NCBI GenBank assembly: GCA_021613535.1
Contig: CP075492.1
Span: 5,208,001 to 5,272,000, forward strand
From: Adineta vaga
Taxonomy: Eukaryota > Animalia > Rotifera
Length of the DNA: 64,000 bases
Reading direction: 5' to 3'
Made by a program: the position numbers and the translations under genes. How positions within the stretch are numbered: the first letter of the stretch is position 1; each line of letters starts with the position of its first letter. Below the pieces are notes generated by a model. It ran no database searches. It worked only from the letters and a program-made list of their open reading frames with translations, and was not told where the DNA came from. Positions 37,791-50,779 of this stretch are shown here, one piece after another.

Positions 37791-40150
37791 ATGGCGTTAA
37801 CAACGTTGAGTGTGGTCGATTATATTCTATTAGTTTTATTATTACTTGCTTCAGCTATTATTGGTGCTATCTTTGGATTTTTTAAATCAAAGAAAAATTC
37901 AGCTAAAGAGTTTCTTCTTGGTAAGGAAGAAACATACGGATAGTAGTTACAATGATACTATGCATCTAGGTTTTTCTAGCTGATGGTGGTATGCGAGTAT
38001 TTCCTACAGCTTTGAGTATTATGGTTTCATTCATTTCGGCTATTACTTTTCTTGGTACTCCTGTCGAAGTTTATATGTATGGAACTATGTTTTGGTATCA
38101 AGGTAAATACACGCACAATAATACACAACGTTATGTAATATGATTATTTGTCGTCGTATAGCTGCAGCATGGTCAACTGCATCATTGATAGCAGCATTTG
38201 TGTTCATGCCAAAATTTCGTGAAATGTATTTCACTAGTGCTTATGAAGTAAGCTTTATTGAGAAAAAAAAATCCCAAGGAACTAGTTCGGAAAGGATCAT
38301 AAATAAATAAAAGTATTTAGAGAAACGTTTTGATCGAACCGTTCGTATATCTGCTTCGATGGTATTTTCCGTCTATATGGTATGATGAAAAACCTTAGAC
38401 TCGATTCTTATATTTCACATTTTGAGTGTCATATATAGCTCGTCTTCATGGCTCTGGTACTCTACGCACCCGCGCTAGCACTCAGTCAAAGTATGTGATA
38501 AAACAATAAACAATTTGCTTGTGACTTGATTAACGTTTGATTTTTATATATAGCAACTGGATTGAATATTTGGTTATCAGTGATTTCAATCGGTGTTATC
38601 TGTACTTTCTATTCATCAGTAGTAAGTTGATTTGCTCCTTAACAAATGCCTTCTCGACATCTATGACTTTTTGAGGGTGGAATGAAAGCAGTAATCTGGA
38701 CTGATGTTCTTCAAGCAGCAATTATGTTTGTTGGTATATTATCTGCTATTATTCAAGGTCAGTAACTATGTTTCATCGTGATGATGTAATATATTAAATG
38801 TATTTTTATTGTAAATTTAGGTCTTATTGAGGTTGGAGGTTTCAAGAATGTATTCACAATTGCTTCTCGCGGTAATCGATTTGAATTTAATAAGTAACTA
38901 TTTTTCTTAGTCGACGCATATATACATATTTTTTTTCTTCATCTATCTAGTGTGAGTTTTGATCCTCGTACTCGTCATACCATTTGGACTTTCTTTCTTG
39001 GCAGTACTTTAAATACCTTGAGTATTTATGGTTTTAATCAAACACAAATTCAACGATACATGTGCGTTCGAACAACAAGAGGAGCACAGCAAGCTTTGAT
39101 TATTAATGCCATCGGAGTCGCATCTATTATTTTTCTCACTGGTTTTATGGGTATTATTCTCTATGCTTTCTATGTTAATTGTGATCCATATACAGCTAAA
39201 TTAGTTAGTGGTAGTGATCAAATATTTCCATATTTTGTCATGGAAGTACTAAGCAGTAAAAAAGGTCTACCTGGTATTTTTCTTGCTTGTATTTTTTCGG
39301 GTTCATTATCATCGATCTCATCTGGATTAAATAGTTTAGCTGCTGTTCTTATCGAAGATGTATATAAAGGTTTACTTGGACGACAGCTAACCGATGAACG
39401 TCAAGGCTATGTAGCCAAGATATGTTCCGTTTTACTTGGTGCAGTCGTGATGCTACTTACGTATGTTGTGAGTTATTTAGGCTCATTAATCAATGCTGCT
39501 CTGTCACTCTCTGGGATTCTTTCTGCACCAATCATGGGTGTATTTCTTCTTGGTTTCTTCTTTCCTCGTGCCAATCGACGTGGAGCTTTGATTGGTTTTT
39601 TCACTGGTTTATCATTTGTCATGTGGATATTTATTGGTGCACAACTAACCAAAAATCAACGTATCAATCTTCAACTTCCATTATCTGTCGAAGGTTGCAA
39701 ACATCTAAATGTAACAACTCAAATGTTATTTAATACGACAATTCCGACTAGCTCTAATCCATTGTTAGGTCTTTATTCGGTCAGCTATTTATGGTATACA
39801 TTAATATCTGTTAGTACAGTTTTAATCGTTGGTTTGATCGTCTCTTATCTTACGGGTCCATTAAAACCATATGAAGTTGATCCTCGATTGCTCATACGTG
39901 TAAGTGATGTATTTGGTTGCAAATGCTTTCGTTCCAATGTTACTTACGATTTTCATCAAAAAGATAAAGTAAGCAATGTATATCTTTTCGCTTTTTTTCT
40001 GCACACTAATATTCAACCAACATTCTATAGGGAAACAATATTGTACAATCAACAGTAGATCTACCAACTAGCAAACGAACATCATTGAATCTGGTCGAAT
40101 CGCAAACTGTAGACGAGAAACACAATGATCTATGGACAATAACATCTTGA
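37791..40150 (+). CDS. SLC5 sodium:solute symporter (SMCT/SMVT-like), multi-exon
   Basis: SFISAITFLGTPVEVY, GGMKAVIWTDV, NQTQIQRY, DQIFPYFV and GSLSSISSGLNSLAAV. The last exon ends at TGA 40148-40150. Confidence 0.93.
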
Positions 40151-40329
40151 TAACCACTCCATTTCAAATATTTTTTAATTATAAGTAGCTTTAAAGTACA
40201 TTCAACAGTTTTATCGGTTGATTTGCATTAAATAATAAATTAATAAATATACTTTCCTTTATATGATAAAAGCTTTTTTCAAATGACTTTATTCTATTAG
40301 AAACTGTAAAAGATGAACAAATCTGTTAA

Positions 40330-42011
40330 TTATTTTCTACCGATCCACACACGTAGTCTCAAACATGTCTTCACATGATCTACATCAAATATTAAATTCC
40401 ATTTTGATGTTAGTTTTTCAAATTGAGAGTATAGCGCATGTCGATCAAACTGATGTAGAAAAAAGCCGCTCATCACTGATATTTGAGGTAAGTGTTCCAG
40501 TAAATATAATAAATGTTCTATTTTGCTAAAACTACAAGTCATTTGTGAAATATTCGAAAATCGATCACAAAAACGATTCATTTCATCAGAACTTTTGAAT
40601 GAATTAGAACTATCACAATATAATTGTAATTTTGTGATTTTTTCATTCAAAGATCGACATAATTGCACATTTTCATCAGTACATAACATGAGTAAATCAT
40701 TTGGAGCCAAAGTTAACGATGATAATCGTGGAGTTTCTTTCAAAATTTCTGTTAAAAATAATGATAAGTTTAACTGATGAATTTTTGGAATATTCAAAGA
40801 TTTCACATTCGACAAATTGACAATCATTTTCAATCTTTCTACAAATTGCTTCTCATAGAATTCCAGACCATCGTTATTGTTAAGTCCAGCGTTTGTTGAT
40901 AAAACTAAAGAACTAGCAAATGGAACATAACATTCTGTTTCTTCTGATAGAATATCGAAATCGATTTTTAAACATCGAACATCATCAAATCGTCGATATT
41001 TTCTCTTCGATTGATCAAAATATTTCTCCTTATACGGTTTTAATATACACGATGATAAATGCCAAGGTAATGTATAAATTATTGCTTGATCATCTCTTAA
41101 CACATAATCTGTAATCCATTGATGTTTTTTCAGCCAAAAATCAGTTTGAAATTGTTTTAATTTCGAATCCATATTTTCGTCCAGATACATAGTAGTAAAA
41201 TTAAATTTGAATATATTTAAACTATGTAATGATGATGTTATCAAATCTTCCCATTGACAAGCATCGAACATGTCGCAATTAGCACGGACAGATACTGTTA
41301 AGTTTATTAAATTGGGCGTGCATTTTAATAACATTTTAATCTCTTCAAATGAATATGGAAAGTTGTAGATAATTAATTTTTGTAAATGGACAGCATTACA
41401 TAGTTCAATCGGTGAAAATTGATCGAGATCATAACTTGAAGAGATATGTTTCACATGAAGATAATTTAACATTGGAAGATCATGAAGAATTTGAATTAGC
41501 TGAGTACAATTCTGATATTGAAAGGTTAAATTTGTGATTGGTAAGTTGAATTTTATTGGAGAAAAAAGTTCATTCATTCGATTCTTTATTAATTGCCTAT
41601 CATTCACTGATTCCAAATAAACAGTAGATAATTGAGGCATTGATGGAAAAGTTGACTTCAGTATTTTTAGATGATCATCTTTCAAACCAGATAATGATAA
41701 TAATCGAAGATGAGAAAATTGATTTAATGAGAAAAATAAAAGAAATACATCAATCTGTCCACATATAATATCATTGGATAATTTTAATGAATAAGTTGAT
41801 CTTTTATTCGAGAATCTAATAATAGTTTTTGACAAAATTGATCGAACGTTGATTTTGGAGTGTGATGGAAATCGAGACAAAGACGAACAGTATGAATAAG
41901 TTCATCAAAACGACTATTTAAATTTGCAAATGATTGATAAATTTCATATGCATTGAGATAATCAAAACATTCGAGAAAAATTTCATTTGGCATACGTTCG
42001 AAGCTCGTCAT
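40330..42011 (-). CDS. F-box-like / LRR protein with one apparent 1-bp frameshift near 41795
   Basis: MTSFERMPNEIFLECFDYL...NLNSRF continues in another frame as YSLKLSND, WEDLI, FQTDFWL and IYTLPW. Confidence 0.78.
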
Positions 42012-42340
42012 AGTTGTGTATGAAGTGAATGAAAAAAACAGTTATTCATCTTTATATGCATATATATATATATGACGCATGGTTTTTTTCCTTCACCTAT
42101 AGGAATGAGGGAAAAATCAAAATTATGTCACTCTTAATATATGGCATAGTTTCGATAGAATCAAAACTGTTATTGTGACTAATAAATTACTCGAGAATCC
42201 TTTGATAAAATCTGTATTGCATTCTCGTATTGCTTGTATACACGTTAACTATTGTTTTTGATTTATTATATGTAGAAAAACAACTTTTACTAAATCTCAA
42301 TCAAAAAAGATAAATCAAATAGATCATTTTCATTTCCATA

Positions 42341-43521
42341 CTATATTAAACGCCATAATTGTTCGTGTATCGGCAGTTCTGACGTTGGTGATTCATCGAT
42401 TGGCAAGAGACTTTTTACAATGTCCACTACATCTTTTGCACAACCCCATGATAATGTCACACCTGCACCGGAATGACCATAACAATGAATAACATTCATA
42501 CCATCCGAAGTTAATTCATGTTCAAGACGAACACCACCTTCACGATAAGGTCGTAAACCTACTTGCACTTTTCCATCTTTAACATCATCAAGTGCTGGTA
42601 GGATTTTAGCACACATACGACGAATATGACATGTATCATTCTCTGTTGGTGTTGTTTTCCAATCGTCCATCTGAAATGTACCACCTAAAACAACAGTATC
42701 TGATTGTGGAATAATATAACCACATCCTTCCTCTTTCATATCAATATAATACTGCGATTTAATCCAAGGAGCATTGACACGAATTACCTGGAGACAGAGA
42801 AACACAATATCTAATAAATATAAATATACGAAACTAATGAACCTACCTGTCCTCGTGCTGGTCGAACAGCTAGATCACCAACTAGATATCTAGCACCTAA
42901 ACCAGTACAATTGATGACGACATCGGCTTGACCTTTTAAATCATCTAATGATAAGATTTTCTTGCGAATAAATTTTACACGTGAATCTTTTTCTAAAAAA
43001 CGATGTAGTTCAGGTAAATATCGTCGTACTTCAACGACGACCGATGACATGACAAAACCTGTGACAGGTGCTAAATGATCAAATATCCGAAGTTCAGTAT
43101 TATTTAGCCTTCGATAATGTCGAACCAGAGCTAGAAATGGAAAATCAATAGAAATATCATTATTATCCACATGTTTTTGTTGTTGTTGTTGTTGTTCTTC
43201 TTCTTCTTGCTTCATCATTGTATAGCTAGTTAATTGTATGACACCAGCTCGTGCAGCTTTTGTCGAAAAATATTCTTCCATAAATATTTCATAGGAATAA
43301 CGAGCCCATTTCAACATACGTTGATCACTTAATTCTAATCCATATGGTTGCCAAAATCCGGCCGAAATATCACCTGTTGTGTCTGGTGAAAGTGCTTCAC
43401 TGATTATAGTTAACTGTAGATTGTCAGTTGATACATATTCTTTAAGAAGTGTACATGCTGTTGTCAAACCAATAACACCACCACCAACAATAATTACACG
43501 ATAATTTAGATTGTTCGACAT
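42341..43521 (-). CDS. D-amino acid / D-aspartate oxidase (2 exons)
   Basis: VGGGVIGLTTA, VINCTGLGA, PARGQ|V, VGLRPYR and HCYGHSGAGVTLSWGCA. Confidence 0.92.
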
Positions 43522-45016
43522 CCTGTGATAATATATCAAAATGAATGTTGTATTAATGTTTAGATAAAATGTAGTTATAAGAATGAAAAAGAAAGAGAGA
43601 AAAAGTCGCATGTATTGATAATGATTAGATAAAAGGTCAGAGATGAAACAGGTATATAGAAGAGATTGTATCTTTTTCTATTTACTTGATTTTTTTTGTC
43701 TTTCACCTTGCTAATGTGAATATGTTATACAGTGATCATTAACGAAGAAATACATTCAAAAAGTTAATTTTATTGTAATAAAATAAATTCATCATTTAAC
43801 TTTGATATGCTGATAGTGTAGTACCCTCAAAGAGTTGATGTGAATTAAAACTGACAAATTTTATGTTTAGCACCAGAAATGAAATTCATTCAATCTATTG
43901 TAGTTACTGATTCTGATAATCTATGAAGTAAAGTTGTTTTGAATCCCTTTCAAAGTTCTAAATCATCTTTGAGTTCAGTATATATGTCAAAAAATGTAAA
44001 ATAAAACTGATTCACTATTCATTGCACAAAGAAGTTCATCACTTATCAAACATTCAATAAACCCTTGACGATGATCAAGATATGCCATCATTATAAATAA
44101 ACCATATACAACATCTAATGAGTAGATTGGATATATATCGCACTAGGAATTTGATTTGATAAAGTATTATTTTCATGATGCATTCCTCGAGATCTTATAA
44201 CAAATCCAAATAGATCCGGTCTATACTAAATTTTCACAAACTTCGTTTTGTTGAATTCATACTAGATTCAATTGTTAATTCAGCTGTAGGTTATGTACAA
44301 TGAACGATTCAATGACTTGTTCTCCGATGTATCAAAATCTTCTCATAATTTTGTCATGTTCATTGCTGTTGCTTATCTCAATTAATATTCAAGTTTTTGA
44401 TCTTCAATTTTCATAACAATCGAGGTTTAAATTTTGTCACATAGATTCTTGTTGTTGAACAGTATGCCAATGTACACACAAATTTCATTTGATAGAAATT
44501 TACTGTAGTTATATGCAGTAATTAGTGGCTTTACTGGATTAGATATAACATTTTATAGCTGTATTTTCAAAAGAATATGTCTATTACATACATTTTAGAC
44601 AAACGAATTGTTAAACTTCATGCTGTATAGTAATTTTCCGATAGAGGATGTCCGATAGAAGAAATTATTCTATTGATACATTCATTCTCTTCCTAGAAGT
44701 AGACAAGTTTTGAGATTTTCTGAGTCTTTCGAACAAAATGTGATAAATCCTGTGTTTAAAACAATTCAGCCAAACTATGATAGAAAAAAAACATTTTTCT
44801 TCTTCCGTTCTTTACTTTTTAAGGCATTGAAAACTATTACATTCATACGGACATGCGCTGTTTTGGCAGACTGTTACAAATAAAATCTATAGTTCTACAA
44901 ATGCATAGGACGTAAAACAAACTGTCGCATTGCATACCGATTTAGTGCAGGTAACTGATTATAATACTGAATTCAAACCTTTCCATCTACTGTTGATCAT
45001 TAAAAAAGAAACAGCA

Positions 45017-47815
45017 ATGAAACGTCGAACAAGCGAAACAGATGAGAACTTGTCCAGTAAAACGTTTATTAAAAAGAATTCATCAACTTTTCAATTATCA
45101 TACTCTTCGAATGAATATCGTATCTATTGGTTCGATGAATATCATACGAATCTGCTTGAACATTTCAACATTAGTCAATCACGATTACGTGGTATTATTG
45201 ACTATCTTGAAATCTATAATCAATTGGACGCATGTGAAACAGCGATACGTAATTGTGCTGGAGGAAATATATTCCTCATCGTCAATGCATCTATGTGTCT
45301 CAAATTCTTAACTTTATTTCATGACTCACGAGCAATTCATTCCATCTATACTTATGAATGTAATGAATGTATTGATCAATCAATTCTGGATCAGTTTAAA
45401 ACATATAAACAAGTAAATTATTATTGACTTTTGTTGCCGACAAGATAAATAATAGTCATATAATCTCTCTATAGTTTGAAGGAATATATGATCAGCCCAA
45501 TGAAGTATTTATCCATCTGTCGAAAGCAGTTCGTATTCATTCTCGTCACTTATTTGAAGAAAACAATAATCTTCTATTGTCAACTCCGGAAAAATTGCAG
45601 CGAACTACTGGATTGCACTCACGTGTTGAATTAATGAATTGGTTTACGTATCTATTTGACGTAATCGAAGAAGTACCAGGAAGTCATAAATCAAAAGAGA
45701 AATTTGTTCAAGAATGTCGAACTCGATATTGCAACACTCCGTCCATTCTTCGAGCTGTAGAAGAGTTCAATACAACTTATGAACCGCAAAAAGCAATTTG
45801 GTGGTATACTCGTGAAGGTTTCCTTTTCCGATTTCTCAATCGAGCATTACGACAACAGGATCAAAATGATATATTACTATTACATTTTTATATTCATGAT
45901 CTTACTCAACAGTTAAAAATTGAATTTGATAAGAATCATGATGCAGATTGGACCGATGAACATGTTTATCGAGGTCAATTGATGTCTATGAATGAAATTA
46001 AATTTATCGAGAAACGGCAACTTCATACACTTTATGCTAATACATTCCTATCGACATCGACAGATCTTGATATTGTGCAAATGTTTGCCGGTATCGGTTG
46101 TAACGATCTTGATGCTCCTCTACAATCTGTTATAATAGATATAACCGGAAATTCTATGGAATATCCATCAGAAAAAAGTGTAGCTGATATTCATCATTTG
46201 AGTTATACGAATGATGAAAAAGAAATTCTTTTTTCAGCAGCATATACATTCGTAACAGACAGTGTCACTTATGATGAAAGTGATAAAGTTTGGAAGATTC
46301 ATTTGAATCGTATTGCCGATGCTTACGATTTAAAAGTTGAAGTTGATCAACGTCTAATTAAACTCGATGTACTCATACGAATAATATTAGACGATGCAGA
46401 TTCATCTATGGATCTTAGTGAAGATGAAAAAAGTACATCCATACTATGTGCTACTAATATCTCACTTCTCCTCCAAGAACTTAGTGGTTATGACAGTACA
46501 CATATAACATTGAATACTAGAGCGAACACGGAGCAAGTTGGTGAACATAATCCTCCTTATGAATTAACAGCACTTCGTACATTTGTGGAATGTTCCGTAA
46601 ATCGTCAGTATACAATTTCTTCGTTAACACTTATGACTTCACATGATTGTCTGGGTAATATATATAAAGAAAAGGGAAAGTACGAATTGGCTTTTGAACA
46701 TTTTAACAAAGCAAATGCTTATTCTGATGATACTGTAAATAAACGAATAGCTTTCACTAGGAAAGTAAGTTGTAAAAGATATCTTTATTGTAAAGTTCCA
46801 TTTGTATGTTTGTCAACATAGGTTAATCTTGCACAGACACATAAACTAGCTGGTCAATTTGCAGAAGCATATTTGATATACGACGAACTGGAAAACGACG
46901 AACTTACTGAATCGTATAGATACGAACGATTGCTCAGTGATATTGCTTTGGATCGATCCTATCATAGTACTATTTCATTATTTGATCAACTTCATAATTG
47001 TTTTAATTATCTGGAATTTATTCGTCCACAGATTGATTTAGAGGCAGATAATTTTACTATTGCAGAAGCTTATATAGAGTTGGGGCAATTGTTCTTATTT
47101 AGATGGAACAACAGTGAAATGGCAAAACTTTGTTTTACTCGTGATATTGAAGTTTCTCGTATATCAGATCCGGATGAATCGATTATATTTGGACCAAAAT
47201 ACGAACGACTAACTGATGCATATGCACTTGACGATGTTAAAAAGGCGTTGGAAAATTATCAGGCTGCAATTGATCAATATTCTCGTCTTGGAGAAATGTC
47301 ACACCTGGACTTGGCTTTATGCTGGTGCAAGTCAGGATGTTTGCACAATGAACATCAAATTGAACCATTTGAAAAAGCATTGCCACTTATTCTCTCCTTG
47401 AATGAACAAAAGATTTTACCAAATATAGACGAGATTGCATCGTGTCTATTGCATTTAGCGAAGAGTTCTGCTCGATGTCAATCTCTGAATGAAATGACAC
47501 TTGAGCTATGTCAATCGATAATTCGTTTGTATCCACATGAACTTAATTCTGATCAGGGACTTAACAATGATTTTCAAGATCTAATCGAGTTAATTATCAA
47601 ATTACATGAAAAAATGAGTAGTAAGTTTCGTATTGATATTATACGCATTAAATCTCAGAAATATCATTTTAGAGCAAGACAACTCAGTTGTACCAACCGA
47701 AGATGACATTCTTCATACTTGGAAAAGTTTGCCATCTATGAATTCAAAAGAGATTATTCAGCTGCTCGAATCAGTACAACAAAAGCTAAGAAATAGTGTT
47801 GCTACAGATTCATAA
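45017..47815 (+). CDS. R-S-E mono-ADP-ribosyltransferase with degenerate TPR C-terminus (4 exons)
   Basis: AIWWYT, LNRALR, VYRGQ, TFLSTS and DEKEILF; TPR LGNIYKEKGKYELAFEHF. Introns at ~45412-45474, 46765-46821 and ~47621-47672. Confidence 0.85.
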
Positions 47816-48029
47816 GAACTTCATTCTCTTCTTTTCAAAAAAAAAGATTGAATAGAATAAACGTTGCTATAATTTTCACTTATATTGTTTATTGACATAA
47901 TCTATACGTGTAAAACAAGAAAACGAAATACCGTTTAAGATCCACTTGAAGGTATTTTGATTATCACATAAATACGAAGGTGAATTAGTCTGTCACAATC
48001 AGTCGATAAAAGCGACTTGATTTTCTGTC

Positions 48030-48208
48030 ATCATTTAGTAAGATTAAACGCAGTATTACTCGTTAAATTCCAAGGATTAACGCGTTTTTAACGTTACGAA
48101 AGAAATTTCACGCGTATTAATTACTGAAAACGTGCGCTTTTTCCGATTTTATTTTTGTTAAAATATTACCGTTTTTACGCGTAGTTTTTTGATCGTTGTC
48201 TGTCTGGG
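48030..48208. mobile_element. Partial MITE, right end only
   Basis: CpG-rich stretch ending tgtctggg|ta, the reverse complement of the ta|cccagaca end at 25305. Confidence 0.5.
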
Positions 48209-48449
48209 TAAACTTGATTTTCTGATAGAAGCAATTCAATATTGATTAGTAGAAAAAAGTTGAAAAAATTAGAAGAAAAGCCTTTACAATATAAGACCCG
48301 GGTCTTCTAAAATGAATTTTGTATCTTTCTTCAAAGGGGGTCTTCTATTACGCAGTGGGGGGGGGGGGATAGGGAGGGACATATATAATATTTAGATGCA
48401 ACTAAAATTATGTCTGTGGTTATTTATCAACACCCGTGAGTTTTCAAAA

Positions 48450-49140
48450 TGAATCGTGGCATTCTCCTAAAGATCACCATATTCAACCAAGAATTATTGG
48501 TGGGGAAGTGGCTCGCTTTTAAATGCAGAATGGATATTAACTACTACTAAATGTGGACAAAATGCGAATGAGATAACAATTCATATTGTTGTTCATGATA
48601 AAGGCATCGTTTCATCACAAATACGTAAAAGCAGTCAGATTTTCGTAGATCCACATCCATTGTATGCGAATAGTATTGCACTTATTCGACTATCATCACC
48701 GGTTAACTTCAATGTAGCTAAGAACTATGCTAGTGCTATTTGTTTACCTGAAAGAACTGTCGGATTGCACTATCCAGAAGTAAACTCGTCTTCGGTAGTG
48801 AATGGATGGGGAGTCTTATCAAACGACGGTAGTGTGCCATCAACGTTACATCAGGTTGTTGTGAAGACTTTAGCTTATGACGATTCTAGTTGTCTCAATT
48901 CAGTACATGACAAAAAAAAGATTTTTATGCTATGGTTGATGAAGGTGGAAAGGATAGTTGTCGAGGTAGGATTTTGATGATCATTGGGAACAAGTTGAAA
49001 TCGTAAGTCATGATACAGGTGATGCTAAAGCAGAACATCCTGGTATTTATATTCGCCTATCATTCTATCATGACTGGATTCAATCAATTATTAATTCAAA
49101 CTCTTTAATAACAAGCGATAAGAGAAAGTGCACATACTGA
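48450..49140 (+). pseudogene. Trypsin-like serine protease pseudogene
   Basis: PRIIGGEVA, WILTTTKC (catalytic His lost), NSIALIRL (Asp lost), GWG, GGKDSC and PGIYIRLSFYHDWI. Contains deletions and frameshifts. Confidence 0.8.
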
Positions 49141-49831
49141 ACCAACAATTTCATCAACATCAATGAAAATATTAAACCCAACACTACTAATAACAACAAC
49201 AGTAGAAACATTTGAAAGAACGACTACTCAATCTCTCGTCACGCTCACCACAGGTGATTGTGGTGTAACCAATTTATACAAGATAAACCTAGTTATTTTT
49301 AATAAAGATTCTATCGTAAAAAAACAAACTATGATAAACTAGTAATTAGAAAAGTGGATAAGAATTTTGTATATGAATTACTATAACAATCACATAGATG
49401 TTCTAAAATTATGTTTAACAAAAACAAATTGTCGAGTATCGATTTGGTCCAGAAGCAGCGAAACCGAAGTTTCGCATCCATATGCTATTGGCTCATTTGG
49501 AAAGGGCAAGTTATGCTCCTAAACCGCGGCTCGAACAATACTTATATTCTCATCACTATACTTTATATTGCACAAAAATTCAAGTTATGAAATATTTTTC
49601 TTTCGTTCTGTTCTTCTCTGGCGTCATTTTTTTTATCAATGAATGAAGAATTTCACAACATTCATTAGTATTACAAAATACTATGTCAATACAACCAACC
49701 AGTGACGATCGATTCTGTTGTTATTTTTTTATTATTCAAATTTATTTAGTTGTTCAAATGAAAGGACTGGTATAGATAAGAAAGCTAAGCAAAGCAAAGC
49801 AAAGTAAGTAGCAGAGAAAAAAAATAATAAT

Positions 49832-50533
49832 TTAATGATAATTTTGATGGACTGTAATGCGATGATTATTGCTCACATTGTATTCAGCAATATGAAAAGC
49901 AGCAATAAATGCTGATAAAACTAAACTAATAATGAGTAATGGCAATGCACTGATAAATAATATTGCACTAAAACCATATTTAATTGACAGTGTACGACGT
50001 AAATTTAAATTATTGAACATATCTAAATTTTGATTTTCAAATAAAGATTCAAATGTAGTCAGTATATTTGAATTGACATTAAAATCCATATTCTTAATTG
50101 TGTCAAGTTTTTGTTTGATCATTGGTGTCATATCAGTTACACTGTTTAGAACTTTCTCATAGTTACGATATGGTAATTCAGGCCAGGCTACTACAATTGT
50201 AGAAAGTAAAATAATAATGGCCATGAAAAGAAACGCCATCGGGATAAAAGATATCTTGGATGATAGACGTTGCGAATAATTCATCAAAGGTGTAAGAGTT
50301 AAAGAAATGACTATCAAAACAGCAGTAATAATAGTTAAAACTGCTGGTATTATTGCTACATCAAGAAAACATTTATCGGCGAAACAATATTCCCATAAAC
50401 CTGCCGAGAATATTTTTGTATTAAAAATTTGCAAATGAATCCATTCTTTAGTAGCCAAAGCTGTAATTACGAATGAAAATGCAGTAAAAACACAGGATAA
50501 AACCATATATAACAGTACACGAGTTCGATTCAT
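49832..50533 (-). CDS. Claudin/PMP22-like four-TM protein
   Basis: W..GLWEYC....C signature, four hydrophobic segments, YGFS before TM4. Confidence 0.75.
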   Translation of the reverse strand: MNRTRVLLYMVLSCVFTAFSFVITALATKEWIHLQIFNTKIFSAGLWEYCFADKCFLDVAIIPAVLTIITAVLIVISLTLTPLMNYSQRLSSKISFIPMAFLFMAIIILLSTIVVAWPELPYRNYEKVLNSVTDMTPMIKQKLDTIKNMDFNVNSNILTTFESLFENQNLDMFNNLNLRRTLSIKYGFSAILFISALPLLIISLVLSAFIAAFHIAEYNVSNNHRITVHQNYH

Positions 50534-50779
50534 CCTCTGACTGTGAGTATAGATTGATTACAAAAATAAAACTACAATTATTATAATTTCTCTTTTATAG
50601 TTGTGCGATGATAAAAGCAAATATTAATTTAATAATCTAACTCTTTGCATATTTTCCAGATTTTTTTTTCTCTACTTTATCCTCATGTGCATATATACAT
50701 CACATCTGTTCCTAATTATCAATGAAAATTAAAAAAAAAATTTTTAATAAAGAGATATCCATCATGTAAAACATGTAAT

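Noticed and set aside
43800-44600. Possible degraded minus-strand gene
   Set aside because: No sustained frame or motif could be supported.
25305-48208. Giant composite transposon bounded by cccagaca...tgtctggg ends
   Set aside because: The left element has its own matching right end at 25594, and the interval holds ordinary genes and no transposase.
49430-49590. GC-richer patch with PKPRLEQY, faintly like METTL5, or an ncRNA
   Set aside because: The match is too short and there is no convincing structure.
19137-49803. Microsatellites (tca)n at 19137, (ta)n tracts and (aaagc)n at 49781
   Set aside because: Ordinary slippage repeats.
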